A stretch of DNA of 64,000 nt from Amphiscolops sp. MND2022 (taxonomy: Eukaryota), in assembly GCA_964187785.1 (NCBI GenBank), contig OZ076409.1:67334001-67398000 (forward strand), written 5' to 3'. A program made the position numbers and the translations under genes. The notes beneath the pieces were generated by a model that worked only from the letters and a program-made list of their open reading frames with translations, had not been told where the DNA came from and searched no databases. Of this stretch, positions 50,709-64,000 are shown in pieces. Every line of letters starts with the position of its first letter. Position 1 is the first letter of the stretch.

Positions 50709-51268
50709 TTGAGCCGATATGAATGTTTTATGTTGGTAAGTATGGTGTCAAGGCATTTAATCCTATGCAGTATTAAGTTTCATCACTTGCCTTTTAAACC
50801 TCACTCACACTTCAAAACAAAGGCATCAATTCAGATGACTCTACAAACATTATCTTGGATTATGATCAATTAACTGCTTTTGATAGGTGGCAATTTTTGA
50901 CAGGAAAAAAATCTTCGATGTTTTTTCAAAGCGTTTGTCGCCAAAAATTTAGTCAATAGTTTTCTTGCTAAAAAATTCTATGGACAATTATGATTTTAAA
51001 ATTCATATCATACTTTAAGTTAACAGTCATATCATTGAAATTACAATTCTTATTGCATATTCATTCAATGACAAAAACCTTGGAGGAGCTAGACTGCTCA
51101 AACAAAAATATCTTTCATTACTTGACGTGTTGTGCTAGTGACAAAAACTGAATCCTGACGGTTTGAAGCCAATTCCAATTAGCTACCTTGTTTTCATCTG
51201 AGGTTAAAACAGATTGTTATTCATCAAAACTTTTAAACCAAGCCAACGATATAGGATCGAAAGATATA

Positions 51269-52027
51269 CAGTAGCGTTCTAAAATATCGCAACCTCATAG
51301 CATAAAATGGCAAAATTCAAAACCAAATATCTCATAAACTGTCACGAATACAAAATTTTGCTAGCTAGGAAAGTTTCTTAGAATTTTATCTAGTTTACAA
51401 AAATGTTTGTTTGAAATTTCTACGACCGTTACCAAAAAAGTCAGAAATTGCAAATTTTAGTAAATTTTAATTGAAATTTGAGTTTTTTCGAAAATTGAGT
51501 AACTTAGAATAAATTTTTTTTGGAGTTTTTTTCATTGGGAAACTTCCTATAATCTCCCGAACCTACTGAACTGTTTTGATCGAGAATTTTTTTTCGAATC
51601 AGAAAAATACACTGTATTTCGTGTCTATGAGCACTGAAGTACATGTATTAAGATAGGCTATAAGAATTGTATTTAGAAAATTGATGATCTTTATTTGAAA
51701 TCGAAAAAGTTTTCCGATCAAATTATATCAGCATCCTCAGGAGATTTGGGGGCAAATGATTGACTGAAAATTTATCAAAAATATATTTTCAACCTTGTGA
51801 AAATCCAGAAAAAGTACAAATTTGATTAAATTTTGTCAAAATTTCCAATTTCTAACTTTTATAAATTTTGTCGCAGAAATTTCAAACAAACATTTTTGTA
51901 AACTAGATAAAATTCTAAGAAACTTTCCTAGCTGACACTTTTTCGTATTTGTGACAGTTTTCAAGAAATTTGGATTTGAAATTTGCTATTTTAAGCAATG
52001 GAGTTGCGATATTTTAGAACGCTACTG
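51269..52027. mobile_element. Tc1/mariner-type foldback MITE with long TIRs and TA TSD
   Basis: ta|cagtagcgttctaaaatatcgcaac ... gttgcgatattttagaacgctactg|ta. Inverted similarity extends more than 150 bp inward. Confidence 0.92.
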
Positions 52028-52624
52028 TACTTGTTTTCGGCTTATTCTAACAAAGCGATTCTGAAGTTTTTAATTAGTTTGACAGGTTTATTTCCATCAT
52101 TTCGAAATGAATCGTATAACGTTTTTCATCCCCATTCCGACCTTCCTTGATTACATGTTTGAGGGTCCGGGTAATCGCATGGAGTCTACAGGCTTTTGGA
52201 TGCCTATGGAATATGTGGTTCACTTTTCTCGGTTCCAATGTTATTTTGTAACAATTAACACTGTTTTACCCTTGATGTATTTTTTTCACCTCAAAAAGTC
52301 CAGTATTTGGTATATCACAGTATAAATTCGGTTTTTTAGTTTTTCTACTCAAGATCTTTCTGGGTAACTCAGAAATCTCACACGATGGTCGTTTTCTTTC
52401 TCTAGACTCAGCCTCTCTTTGCTCTAGTGTACCGTGTCATAATTCTTCAGTACTTTTTTTGTGTTTTCATTTTTTTGCAAAATTTCGCCGCCATCATCAT
52501 TGTCTTCACTACCTTAATAGTGATTTCTCCTGTTCTGCCTTATCGAGAGCAGTCCGTGCAAGATGTGGACCGCAACTTGATCTCATTTCGTATACTCCCT
52601 AGTCGAGATTGCTTGAACTTTTTA

Positions 52625-52910
52625 CATGCTGCATGGGGGCAAGCTGGCTATTTTTTTTACAAAACATGGAAAGTTCCGGGAGCCTGTATGAAAACATTTT
52701 GTAGCATTACAATGCAGCCTCCACTATTTGAATTAAAACTGAAAACGTTTCTACATCTTCACCGCCGCGATCACTTTGTTTTCACGCGTAAGTTTCTCAA
52801 GTGAGTACCTTATGTAAACACCGTTAGTCAAATAGCACGCTGAATATGACACCACTTTGAAACCTATATTGTGACCGAAGTTTAGTTTCATTAAAATTGC
52901 TGTAAAAATG
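52625..52910. repeat. Unclassified dispersed repeat; other copies at ~62940-63070 (inverted) and ~63330-63550 (direct)
   Basis: Shared core agcattacaatgcagc.tccactattt.aa.taaaact and cgatca.tttgttttcac.cgt. Confidence 0.7.
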
Positions 52911-54049
52911 ATGAAAGTCTCAGCTGCTTTCAAAATTAGAACGGCCTCCTAAAGAAACCTGCAAAACCTTGCTGCGAAGAAATGCCGCCAAATTTAGGAT
53001 GCATCTTATAGGCTTGATAAAGTTAAATCGAATCAGTGAAGTTTTAATGCATAGAAGTTTCTTTGAGATATTCATAAAATCATGGAAAATTAGCTTGGTA
53101 ACCAACAAAAACATGTAAAAATTTCAAGAGTTTCCAACCAGGGCTTGCCATCAAAACTGCATACAAGGTCTCAGTTCTTCGCTGTAATTGCTCCTCTTAC
53201 TCTTGGTTTCTTCTTTTCATTTCGTTCTGCAATAGTGCACCTGCGTTTTATCTTCAAACTACTAGTTTTACCGTATCTCTTTCCAGGGTATTTTCAGCTG
53301 GGCTTACTGCAGTTTGTTCACTTTTCTCAAGTTTTCAATAAGAAGATTTTTTCTTCTTCTGTTGGCCAATTTATAGATGGATAACCAACTTTGTTTTCCC
53401 GTTACTTTCAGAAGTCAGAGAAAAAAACGCGGCTATTATGGTGACGTTTCCTCGTGTTGTTTCTTGAACCCGTTCGAAATGACCATTTCATGCAGAATGT
53501 CAAAAAAATAAATTCAACTAAAAATCTACAAGTTGGCAAATTAGCTTTGCTCTCGTTTTTCTGGTGTGGTGAAACTCAGATGGTTGTTTGGGTAGACCTG
53601 TATGTGTTTTAGATCACATCACTCTTGAAGCTAAACTGTCACATGCTCTTATGTTGAGTGTGTATTGAAGGTTTGCATTCAGAGAATGATGTTAAGCTTC
53701 GGATGCTTCGCAGTTGGGTAAATAGTGAACCAATATGTCAATATCCGTATTTTTCTTGTTATAAACTTCTCGTCCGTCTGTTTCTCGTTGTCTTTTTTCG
53801 ACAGAAGTGTAGAATTGTCAGTCATTGTTCTCGAAAGTAGTTTAGAACTACTATTTGGTCGTCGAAAGGAAGTAATCCTCAAACGATTGAAAGCAAGTTT
53901 CTCACTGTTCGATTGTTAAATTTCTATTGTTTTCATGCACTCCCGACACTCTCCTCCTAATTGTTTTTCTCATGACGAATTTGTGTTTCGTTATTTTAAT
54001 TAATGCTATTTATCCCATAGTTGATCTATTTTTTTATTCCATTGTTTTT

Positions 54050-54598
54050 TAGTCGGCACTTCATGAAGTGAAACGCGACTATATTAGTTACCCTTTTTTC
54101 AATCCGAACGAACTGACCAAAATAGTTCTGCAAGTTATACAAAATTTTAAGGGTTCAACTGGTTATAATAGTTGTTCTTTATAGCGTAACATTCGAAACT
54201 GGACGAGACTAAAGCACTGTGAGACTTTTTTTTTGAAAATTTTTTAACGTCGCCAAAGGGTCCTCCCTTCAATTTCATTGATATGTTGCACCATAATGGA
54301 TGTTGAAAAGTCCAAAGGGTGCCCCTTTTACATTTTCTCCACAACGAGACTGTTCAGAAATCTCGTTGTTCGTTGTTTTTTTGAAAATTTTTTAATGTCT
54401 CCAAAGTGTTTTCCCTTCATTTTTTTCGATATTTTGCAACAGAATGGATGTTGAAACATCCCAACGGATTTTTAGCGCCAGTTCAGTCCCCTTTCGTTTT
54501 TTCGGGTACTGCGGAAGATAGTACTTGACACTTTGAATTTTCTTGCGCTGTTTTTGAGCCTTAAATGTGGCGCCAGCTTATGTCGTTCCCGGCTTGTT
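54050..54598 (+). mobile_element. HINE family A copy
   Basis: tagtcggcacttcatgaagtgaaacgcgacta ... ggcgccagcttatgtcgttcccggcttgtt. Confidence 0.85.
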
Positions 54599-54757
54599 CA
54601 AGCTTCGAGTGTCTTTTCGTTCATCATTTCGTTCTATCGGTTATTTTTATTTTGTCGGTGCTGTGTTCTATTGTCGGTTTTTGCGATCGTCTGCTAGGAA
54701 AACGGTAGTTTATTTGTCGACAGTGTTCCAAATTTGCATTCTTTTCCGTTTTATTTT

Positions 54758-55305
54758 TATTCGGTGCTTTTTGTGAAACAAAAATGCCCGACTTTTACTC
54801 TTCTTTTTTCTCCAGACCACAGAGCTCACACTGAAATATCTTTCACACAATCTCTAGAGGCATTCCGGTTGTACCAGAAACCATACTTGGGTGCTTCCAA
54901 AAGATACCAACTTTGTGTACCATAGATGTTGAAGCTTTTTTGTTACTAGACAACATAGAAGGTTTGGTTTTAATGGTTTTTTGGCATTATGCAATTTTTC
55001 CCGAATTTTTTTTATGTCGCCAAAGGTTATTTTGACGCACCCATCTGGGTGATAAAGCCCAAAGGGTCTCCTTTTTTGCGTTTTTTTGGCGCAAGGAGAC
55101 TTTTTTCGAAATGTTTTTGATCCTTTGGAACTGATAAATTTCCTCAATGATTGTGGGGAAAAGATCTACGATTTTTTCGTCACTGTGACTTTTTTCAATA
55201 AAATTTTCTAATGATAAAATGATCAGAGGTACCCCCCTTCACTTTGATAAATGTTTTCTGCGTGAAAAACTTTACTCTTTTGAACCTTGAGCGGGGCGGC
55301 GAAAA
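54758..55305 (+). mobile_element. HINE family A, old diverged copy
   Basis: ttcggtgc...atgcccgact at the 5' end, gtcgccaaagg and aagggtctcc subrepeats. Confidence 0.6.
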
Positions 55306-55901
55306 GGTTTTCTTTCCCTGTTTTGGGTGAAGAGGTTTTCCCTCTTGTGGCATGTGTTTCTGTCACTTTGTTGGTCATTTCAGTTTATAAATTTATTCCT
55401 TTCTTCTTATTCTGTTTTGTCCAGTTCTGTTTCTTACTTCACACGTGTCCTTTAAGAGAGCTTCTGGGCCGATGCCCAGAAATATAAGAATTCTTGTTTG
55501 TTTTTCCCCGTCCAACTGTGTTCTGTCATGTCTTTTCTTCAAAGACTTTTGCAATATCCATCTTGCGTTCTCCGTAGACTGCTGAAATTTCTCTCGCAAC
55601 TGTGTTGGTGTTATTATTGTTTTTCGTGTCATGTTTTGACGGATTCTGTCGGTACGATTAGTTTCTGTGCCATCACAGATTATAGGGTGTTTTATTGAGT
55701 GTTCGATTGTTGTTCCCAAGAACATTTCATGACAAGTCAACTATTTAAGGTAATTAGAAAAGCCAAAATCGGTTTCAAATCAGTCAAACGAAAGATTCGA
55801 TTGTTGATAAATAGTTTTAATTGATGATTTCTTCCTGATTCTGATTGACGTCCGCTACTCGTGGAGATCAATTCGGTGTGGGGAAGTGAATAACAACCTG
55901 G

Positions 55902-58900
55902 ATGCCAAAAAAAACGCAGGCAAAATTAAATCCAGTGCTAATAAACTGATTGTTTCTTACTATTGAAAACAATTGACAGCCCAATTGGCATCGGCAAAGC
56001 CCTCTTTTCAATCCTTTGCATTTTCTGGTTTTTGCAATTGAGCTTCCGATTTTTTTCCGTAGTTTCCGCATATTCATCAATCAAAGCGTTCACGGAAAGG
56101 CAGTGTGCTTTGGAAGCAGAAAGTAGTTTTGTCGAATTTCGCTTATGTCCAGTAAGTCTCTTTTTTCGAAATTACTTTTTTTACAGCTGTTTCCTGTAAT
56201 AGACTGATGGAGAAAGGTTCGTAAGAAGTCTTCAATTGAAAATGTTCGTATGGTAAACACATGAACAAAAAGTGTAATGATGCATTATCTATCGTTCTGA
56301 ATTAATGTACGTTAGCACCAGCTCAATCTAACAGTAATAGGGGTCACTGTTTCAAGAGGCAGGTACTTAGACTACTGTCTAGCCATGTTTTGGCAGCTCT
56401 CGCTGCATTCCCCCTTTGCGGATTAGGGGAACCATTTCTTCTCTCCTCTCGAAGTCGATGCCAAAGGTGTCCCATCTTTAGCGTCTTGTTTGAGTCGAGG
56501 AAAGGGAGGCGTTTTGCAGTTTCAATTCAACTAGATCTGCGTAGGGTTAGTTCCCTCTTCAAATCTCACTTCATTTTTATTTTCTATCTTTTGGCTTCCT
56601 AACCCTGTTCTACTTTTTTCTCCGCAGTTGATATCTCCTTCTGCCGTCCCCGCGGTTGTATCCATAATTTTTACCACGGTTTGAGCACGGTAGTTGGTTC
56701 GAGAAGCGTGTCCGGTACTACATCCGATCAGCGATGTCAATGTTAGTGTTAGCGTATCAATCGTCCGGTCAGCGGAGCTATTTTTCTCGGTCATCAGTCT
56801 TTTGTGAGTTTCGCAGCAAATGCTTTTGCTGAACGTTCCGCATCTGCGGATCTGCTTGTTTGCTTGCGTTGTTCGTCTGGTTTCTTCGAAGGCTGAATTT
56901 CAAAAGGGTTGGTCGCTAATTTCTGATTTATTGTTCTGTCCTCGGACGTGGGACTGGTATGACCGGTTTGTTTTACAGCAGATAGAACTTTGTTCGTTTT
57001 GAATTTACTTTTCATAGCGTTTGGTTTAGTTTCTAGTTCGTAAAATTTGTATTCTTTAAAATCTCGCTTACCGAATGGGTTCTTTTCTTTGTCTAATTTA
57101 ACACCGGATAATTTGTCATCTCTGCATCAGAGTCGTTGATTGTAAAGACCTGCAGTTTTGTCGGTAGGGCTAAATTATATTTGTTCAGTGTTTTTTTTCC
57201 AATTGGATAAGAGCAGTGCGCAGTTTACATCAAAGATGCATTTGGAAAGGCGTCATGTTCAGTTTACCGTGAGGCGTCTGTCCAATTGTTTTAATTGCCA
57301 GTTGAACGCCTTCTTCAAATGTTAGTCCGTACGCCAGCTTTGCTCTCGTTAACGACTTAGCTGTCCGTTTCGTTCTTTCTACTAAACAGGTACCAGTGTG
57401 TAATTTCGGTGTGCATTGGATTCGTCTAGTATTCTCTCCGTTGCAGAACTCTTTGAATTCCCCACTTTTAAAACAACTGCCGTTGTCGGTGTGGATAGTC
57501 CGTGGAGTCCCGTTGTCTGAGCAATATTTCTTTAAAAATTTAAAATTGTCCGTAAGTCCGTATTTTTACAAATTTGCGTGATTGGTCATTTGCAAAAACG
57601 CTCGATTGCTACTAAAATACATACATCTCCGCGTATTTTGGATTTGATTGGATCAGCGAAATCTTGTTGATTTTCTTGGTTCGGTTCGGTCAAAAGTTCT
57701 TGTCTTTTTACCTACGTAAGCGGTTTTTCGTTCTCACCTGTTGCTCTGCACCTGGGGCAAGTTTGGGATTTCTCCCGTATCTCTCGATACAATTCTGGCC
57801 ATCAGAATTCTTCCGTGTCTCGTTTTTCATTTCTCCCGTGTCCAATCCCAGTTGATATCTTTCTTCAGTATTTTTTCTTTCTATCTGTCTTCTTCGAATG
57901 TTTATTTGTGAGTTTGAACAGATGATGAATTGAACCCAGAAATGATTTTGATTCTTTGGCGTTCTTTGGTGCTTCCAGTTTCGTAATGGTATCAGTTTTG
58001 TCTTTTATGGGCTTCACTCCGTCTAAGTTTATGTAGTAACTGAGCCACGTTAACTCTCGTTTAAAGAGTTCGATGTTCCCACTTGCGTGGTATTCTGCAT
58101 TTTGTAGTTTGGATAAAACTTCCCGTACCTCTCTTTCGTTATCTTCAATGGTACCGTTTGTTACACATATGATGTCGTCGAGCAAAAACAGTTTTTTGAA
58201 TTCCAAAACTTTATCAATGTGTTCTCGGATTACGGTGGGGATATCTGATAGTACGCACAAGCCCTTCTTAAACCGGCAGTGTCCGGTATAATCATCCCTG
58301 ATTATTGAGAATACACAAGGTGTCGCAGCTTCTTTGGATTGTTTTGCTTGCCCTTGTTTGTAGTCCAGATCAATTTTCGGTTTCCATATTTTTGCTTCAC
58401 TCTTCGTGATTTCGGCGGACATTTTGCTGATCAGTTCTTCCATATTCGGCGACGCTGCTTCCTTTTGACACAAGCCTCGTTCAAGTTTCCCGAATCCAAT
58501 GCTATTCCAACCGACTTGTCTTTCTTTTTGGTAATAACAGCGGGTGATACGAAGGAATTCTCAGATGTTTTGCCTGCCTTTTCGAGGTGTCCTTTCTCGA
58601 AAACATTTTCTTGTCCTTGTCGCACTGTTTTTTGGAAGTGATTGGGTACTGGCCGTCCCTTTTGTTGTATTGGTTTTGAATTTTTTTTCAGTTGAATATC
58701 GATCGTCAGATCTTTTATCGTGTGGTTATTTTTGAATAGATCTTCGTATTCGTTGATGAGTCTTTTACGTCTTTCAGCTTTAATCTTCTGGATAATGTTG
58801 GTGTTTCTGTTCCCTTGTAATCCGATTTCCAGTTTGTCCATCCTGTCTAAACCCAATAGAGGCTGTATGTTTTTGTTTTCGGTTATGAGTATCGGCGGTG

Positions 58901-59902
58901 TTTCTTTACTTTTTTCGGTTTTTACCTCCACCATGGCTTCACCTTTGACATTTATCGGATTCTTGTTTACATCTACAAAGCATTTTGTGGCCTTGCGTGT
59001 TTCTTTAGACTTAAAGAAACAGTGGGATACGTTTCTCGTGTGTCGGAACGTTTTCTTGAATAGCTTCAGTAGTTCGTGCACACTGACGTCGTTCAGTTCT
59101 TTGCCCCACTAACCTCTCATTAGTTTGTGTTTCGCTTTCGGGCCCACTGCCCAGATTACGTCACCTTTGATGTGATGTACGGTATTTACATGCAATTATT
59201 CTGTTCCTTGGTCCATTACCCCATCTATATTTCGGTGATGAGTGAAGTCGATGTTTTCTGAGATTTGTTCCCACCACAATCTTCGTCAGGTCAATTTCCT
59301 TGTCCGATAAGATTGGTATCTTGTACTCTTGTTTTTCTCCATCTGTTCCGTTGTAGTAATTTGATTTGTGGCTGACCTGGCCGAGTGCTCAGATGTGTTT
59401 TAGGGCGCAGGCAAATTTAAATCCAGTGCTAATAAACTGAATATTTCTTACTATTGAAAACAATTGAAAGCCCAATTGGTACCGGCAAAGGCCTCTTTTC
59501 AATCCTTTGCCTTTTCAAGTTTTTTCAATTGAGCTTCCGATTTTTTTCCGTAGTTTGCGCATATTCATCAATCAAAGCGTTCAGCGAAAGGCAGTGTGCT
59601 CTGGTTGGAAGCAGAAAATAGTTTGGTCGAATCTCGCTTGGGTCAGTAAATCTCCTCCTTCGAAATGAATTTTATTCACAGCTGTTTCTTGTAATAGTCT
59701 GATTCAGAAAAGTTCGTAAGAAGTCTTCAATTAAATATGTTCGTATGGTAAACACATGAACAAAAAGTGTAATGATGCATTATCTATCGTTCTGAATTAA
59801 TGTACGTCAGCGCCATCTCATTCTAAGAGCAATAGATGTCACTGTTTTAAGAGGCAGACGCTTAGACTATTGTCCAGCCATGTTTTGGCACCTCTCGCTA
59901 CA
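55902..59902 (-). mobile_element. Decayed, internally deleted Ty3/gypsy LTR retrotransposon
   Basis: Two ~500-bp direct repeats (~59400-59902 and ~55910-56407) starting TG on the minus strand. PPT aaagggggaa adjacent to the 3' LTR. PR-RT-INT domain order. Confidence 0.9.
57300..59081 (-). pseudogene. Gypsy pol remnants (protease, RT, integrase), frameshifted
   Basis: QPLLGLD; PIQQKGRPVP; FVSPAVITKKKDKSV; LLDDIICVT (degenerate YxDD); APKNAKESKSFLG; LVAIERFCK and GTPRTIHTDNG (integrase). RNase H is apparently missing. Confidence 0.88.
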
Positions 59903-60920
59903 TTTCCAATAAAATACAAATTCTGTAGTCTAATTCGGTTGTAGTGCATTTTCACACGCCTTGTCAGGCAGTTGGTGAACTCCCGAATACATCCTACGTC
60001 CAGTTTTCGACCATTTCAATTTGATATGACATTTTGTTCTGTTAGGTTTAAACGTTTTTGGTTTTTGACGAAGTAAAGATAATTCTTACGTAATTTTTGG
60101 CACCACTCGATGGGAAAAAAGTTTTTTACACGAAAAGTTCTTCCTCAAAATTTTATTACTTCTGAGTCGAAACAAATCCAGCATTTGAACAAACAATTGA
60201 AACAAATGTTCCATTTCCAGTTTTTTCGAAACTGTCAGATTTTTGAAAGCTTTTCCGCAAGCAGATTATCATATTCAAAAGATTTCAAGCCTCAAACATT
60301 GTAAACATTTCGTTTTAGCTATTTTTTTTGGTACCATTGTGTAGAAAAAACTTATTGATTACCTTTTGTGATGTGAGATTGTGAATATGAACGTGTTCGA
60401 TTTTACCTGTATTCGATTTTACCTGATAATCAAATTCTGAAATAGTGATCATAAAATCTTTTTTGAAACAAAATACGTCATGTTTATTTAATCGTACCCA
60501 TGCAATTCTTACCATTTTGCTACCATGCGAGTAGGAAGTGGCCAAAATGTCTGGCAAAATTGTGTCCAGTGTAGCGTGATTGCAGTCCCCGATTTCCAGA
60601 CCTGCCCTTTCTCAAAGGCACGCCTCCTATTGTTTGGAGAACCAACTGAGATTTTTTTCCTTGTTCATGGTGGAGCAATTAATTTGATATGCAATAAACT
60701 AAAATGGCCTTGGAAAATTTATTGGATTCGAATAAAGATTATCGCTTCAATTTTGTGATTTTTTGCTTGGTAAAAATCAGTTTACACGATGCATACTGAA
60801 GGCCAAAGGTTTTCATGATGAAAATTATAGAAATTCAGTGAAAAAAAGCCTTCTTGAAAAACAGTCAAAAAAGATAAGACAATTTTAAAACAATTACAGC
60901 CAGAAAATCCTAGGATGACA

Positions 60921-60986
60921 TTCGGGGTCATGATTCAACATGACCCCGAAGATCGCTTACCTATCGTTATGTAAGATCGCTTACCT
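60921..60986. repeat. 12-bp perfect hairpin followed by a 14-bp direct repeat
   Basis: ttcggggtcatg-attcaa-catgaccccgaa, then aagatcgcttacct twice. Confidence 0.8.
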
Positions 60987-61220
60987 TTCAGAATGTTCAA
61001 GTACCATAAATAGGTACGGAAGGACGTGTAACACTAATGTAGCAATTTAGTCTTTATTATCAAAAGATTTAAAAAATATGGAACGCAGAAAAAAAACGAA
61101 AAATCCGAGAATTAGTTTCTGTTTGAAAGTTCAGAAAAACCTCGGTGGAATCTATGCTCTTCGAAAAAACAGACGGGTTTAATTAAAGCACCAGTATCAT
61201 GAGAGTGAAAACCAACATGA

Positions 61221-61713
61221 AACAAGACGGGAATGTCTCAAGTCGGCGCTATATATAAGGCTCAAAAAGCGCAGTTTTTAAGATATGCGTGGGACGTTTT
61301 CGTGAAAAACTTCTGTATTCGAACCTCCGCCTCCTCAATAAAACGCAATATAGTTCGGATATATAGTCAAAAAATCGGATATAGCGCTTTACTCCGGATA
61401 TTACGAAAGAAACTTCAATAAAATCGAAGGGGAGAACCTTTGGAGACAAAAAAAATTTCGAAAAGTTGCACAGTGCCAAAAAAATTGAAAGTGGAGGCGG
61501 CCTTTAGTCTCGCCCGGTTTTGTATGTTACGTTTAAAAAGTAAAAAACGAAAGGGGGACTCTCTCCCGTAACTTGGATGCGGTTCTCAGGTAATCGTTTA
61601 GTTGAACTAATTGAACATAAACTTCGTCGCGTTTGAGACTGTCTCAAAGAAAAAAAGAAAAAAAACAGGTGACTAATAGACAGGCTCTTTTATTAGATAA
61701 AAGCGCCGACTAA
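61221..61713 (-). mobile_element. HINE family A copy
   Basis: aacaagacgggaatgtctcaagtcggcgc ... aagcgccgactaaaaa. Confidence 0.83.
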
Positions 61714-62370
61714 AAATTGGTAATAGGTTTGTTTCAGTCACTAGAGGCCTAGAAGCCGAATGTGGAAACTCTATAAAAATCATAAAAAGTGTGCAAGTGC
61801 ATGATGCTTTAGCATCACCAATACATATCCCTGGTTCAATATTTGGCTCGATAAATAACAACGCATTCATCAGAAGTTTTTGAAGTTCTCACAAAGAAAC
61901 TACATCAAATTAGATCTTTAGGACTACCAATTGATATTAAAGTACAATGAACTTATTGCTGAACTTTAAGGCAAAGAATGTTGATAGCTGTTGTATTCTT
62001 ATAATATAAACTAATTGCAAAAATGATTGTCGATTTTAGAAGTAACGTGACTTTTTTCCAAATGATCTTGAGTGTGAACGAACTGAAGTTATAGGTATCA
62101 TTCATCTATCAATTTTATGGATAATTTACATTCCATCATGGTTGAAACTGCTAGAACTATGTACAGAGTTTTTTAGGTTCCCAAGCAAATTTATCAATAA
62201 GTTATCAAACTCTCACGGTAACTTTCATGAATCAACTTTTCACTGACTCAATTGAATTCTATCGAGCCGCCAATAAGATGCATCCAAAGTTTGGCTGCAA
62301 ATCAGAGCCATGAAGTGTTACAAGTTTTGATATACATCCATTCTTATTTTAAATGCTGCTGAATTATTAT

Positions 62371-62778
62371 AAGTCGGCGCTTCATATAGTGAAGCGCGAC
62401 TATAGTAGTTGCTTTTTTTTCAGTCCACACGAACTGACCAAAATAATTCCTAAAAGTTCTACAATTAATAAAGGTGTAATATTGGACCATTTGGCCCAGG
62501 GAACTTAACCAAAAGAGTTGTTCCATTTTTTAGCGTAACATACAATACCAGGCGAGACCAGGCCTTTCAGTTTTTTTTTGGCATTGTGAGACTTTTTTCT
62601 GAAATTTTTCATTGAATTCAAAGGTTCCCCATCAAATAGCTAGCGTGTCCCGGCGCGCCCATTCGGTCCAACTTTGGGTTTTTCGGGTACTGTAAACGGG
62701 ACAACTTGACAGTTTGAAGTCTTTTTGCTATTTTTGAGCCTCAGATATGGCGCCGACCTATGCCGTTTCCGGCTTGTT
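62371..62778 (+). mobile_element. HINE family A copy (short)
   Basis: agtcggcgcttcatatagtgaagcgcgacta ... ggcgccgacctatgccgtttccggcttgtt. Confidence 0.85.
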
Positions 62779-63554
62779 AATTTTTTCCGCTGTTTTTTGC
62801 AAATCAACTTTTCGTTATTATAAGTTTCAACTCAAGTTATAAGTTTTAAAGAAGCGTGAAATTTGACTAACTGTGATTACACAAAAAGGAACATATTAGA
62901 AAATGAAGTGTACAAACACAGTGACCAAAACAGTGGAGGAGTGGAAGAAGTTTCAGTTTTATTTGAAATAGTTGAACCTGCAATGTAATCCTACAAAGTT
63001 TTTCCAAGCAGGTACGCAGAATTTCCCATGGTGTGTAAAAAACAGCCTTGCATGCATGGAAGCAGCTCGAAAAACGTCCCAGCAGGTTCAACTAGGTTAT
63101 TTATATTAAGCAACGAAGATCAACAGTGTAGATGGTTAAATGGACAGGAAATATTATTGTCTGCCTATACCACTTTCGCTGTTTTAGAATCTTACCGCTG
63201 AAAACGATTATTGTAGTGAATGGCAAAAGTAGTTGTTTTGGCATTCCCTAGTTGACTCTGCTGGAAAGTTGTTCTTGCTGCTTCCTTACAAGGCTAATTT
63301 TTTAAAGAACAAAACAGAAACTACAGTGAAGGGAGCCTACTTGCGAAACTTTTACAGCATTACAATGCAGCTTCCACTATTTCGAATAAAACTCAAAATG
63401 TCTCATCTTTTCATTTCGTCGATCAATTTGTTTTCACACGTTAAATGCTGAAGTACGCTTCTCATGAAATCACCGTATTTAAATATGATGCCACTTTGAA
63501 ACTAAACCTATAACGTGACTGTTTATTTCTGATAAAATAGTGGTGTATTTGATG

Positions 63555-63895
63555 GTGTGGAAAATTGCCCGATTCTTACAGTGGGTAGTTTTTTTAGACG
63601 TAAGGTCCACTTTGTTGTTGATTAGTTCAACTTCAACTTCGGAAATCCAAAAGATACTCGAAACGTGAAAATCTCTTTTTCAAAACAAAACCGACTTCCA
63701 GAATCTCGAAAACATACTAAATAGCTCCTTTCTGCTTTTTGGGGGTTGGGTTTTCAACTTCATTTTTTCCCGAAAATTTTTGAATGTCTTCAAAGGGTCC
63801 CCCTTCAATTTTTGATGTTGTACAACAATTTGGATTTTCAGAAGCCCAAAGAGTCCCCCCTTTACACTTTTTTTGGCATTGTGAAATTTTCTCAC
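63555..63895 (+). mobile_element. HINE family A, 5' part
   Basis: tgcccgattcttacagtggg and aaagggtccccc subrepeats. Confidence 0.6.
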
Positions 63896-64000
63896 TACCA
63901 GCACGCTACATCCAATTTTTTTAAGGCTGTGGATATTCCGGCACTTTTTCCACTTTGAATGTTTTTATCAAGCGCCTCGAAGTTGACTAGAAACGAAACG

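Overview
AT-rich, repeat-dense animal (invertebrate-type) genomic DNA with no prokaryotic features. The only recognisable host gene is two short + strand exons, 4520-4559 and 50356-50482. They splice in phase and give the N-terminus of a Slp/synaptotagmin-like-type Rab-binding-domain protein, so most of the window is probably one ~45.8-kb intron. That intron and the following one are packed with mobile DNA. There is one apparently intact two-ORF CR1/L2-group LINE (~14.7-19.2 kb) whose RT half plus ~1.3 kb of flank is duplicated as an exact 3130-bp tandem repeat. There are more than 13 copies or fragments of a ~0.4-0.7-kb and 3 copies of a 2.3-3.5-kb non-autonomous Helentron-type (HINE/DINE-1-like) family. 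Also present are a hAT derivative with an 8-bp TSD, Tc1 and pogo transposase relics split by HINEs, a decayed Ty3/gypsy element with both LTRs, a TA-flanked foldback MITE, a tRNA-derived SINE and several palindromes. The most novel-looking signals are three covarying hairpins with an identical AUUCUC loop in the LINE inter-ORF spacer, a decayed Penelope/hammerhead-like relic in the duplicated flank, and a GC-rich rod-like structured island at ~1.9-2.0 kb. All calls were made by eye, without database searches or folding software.
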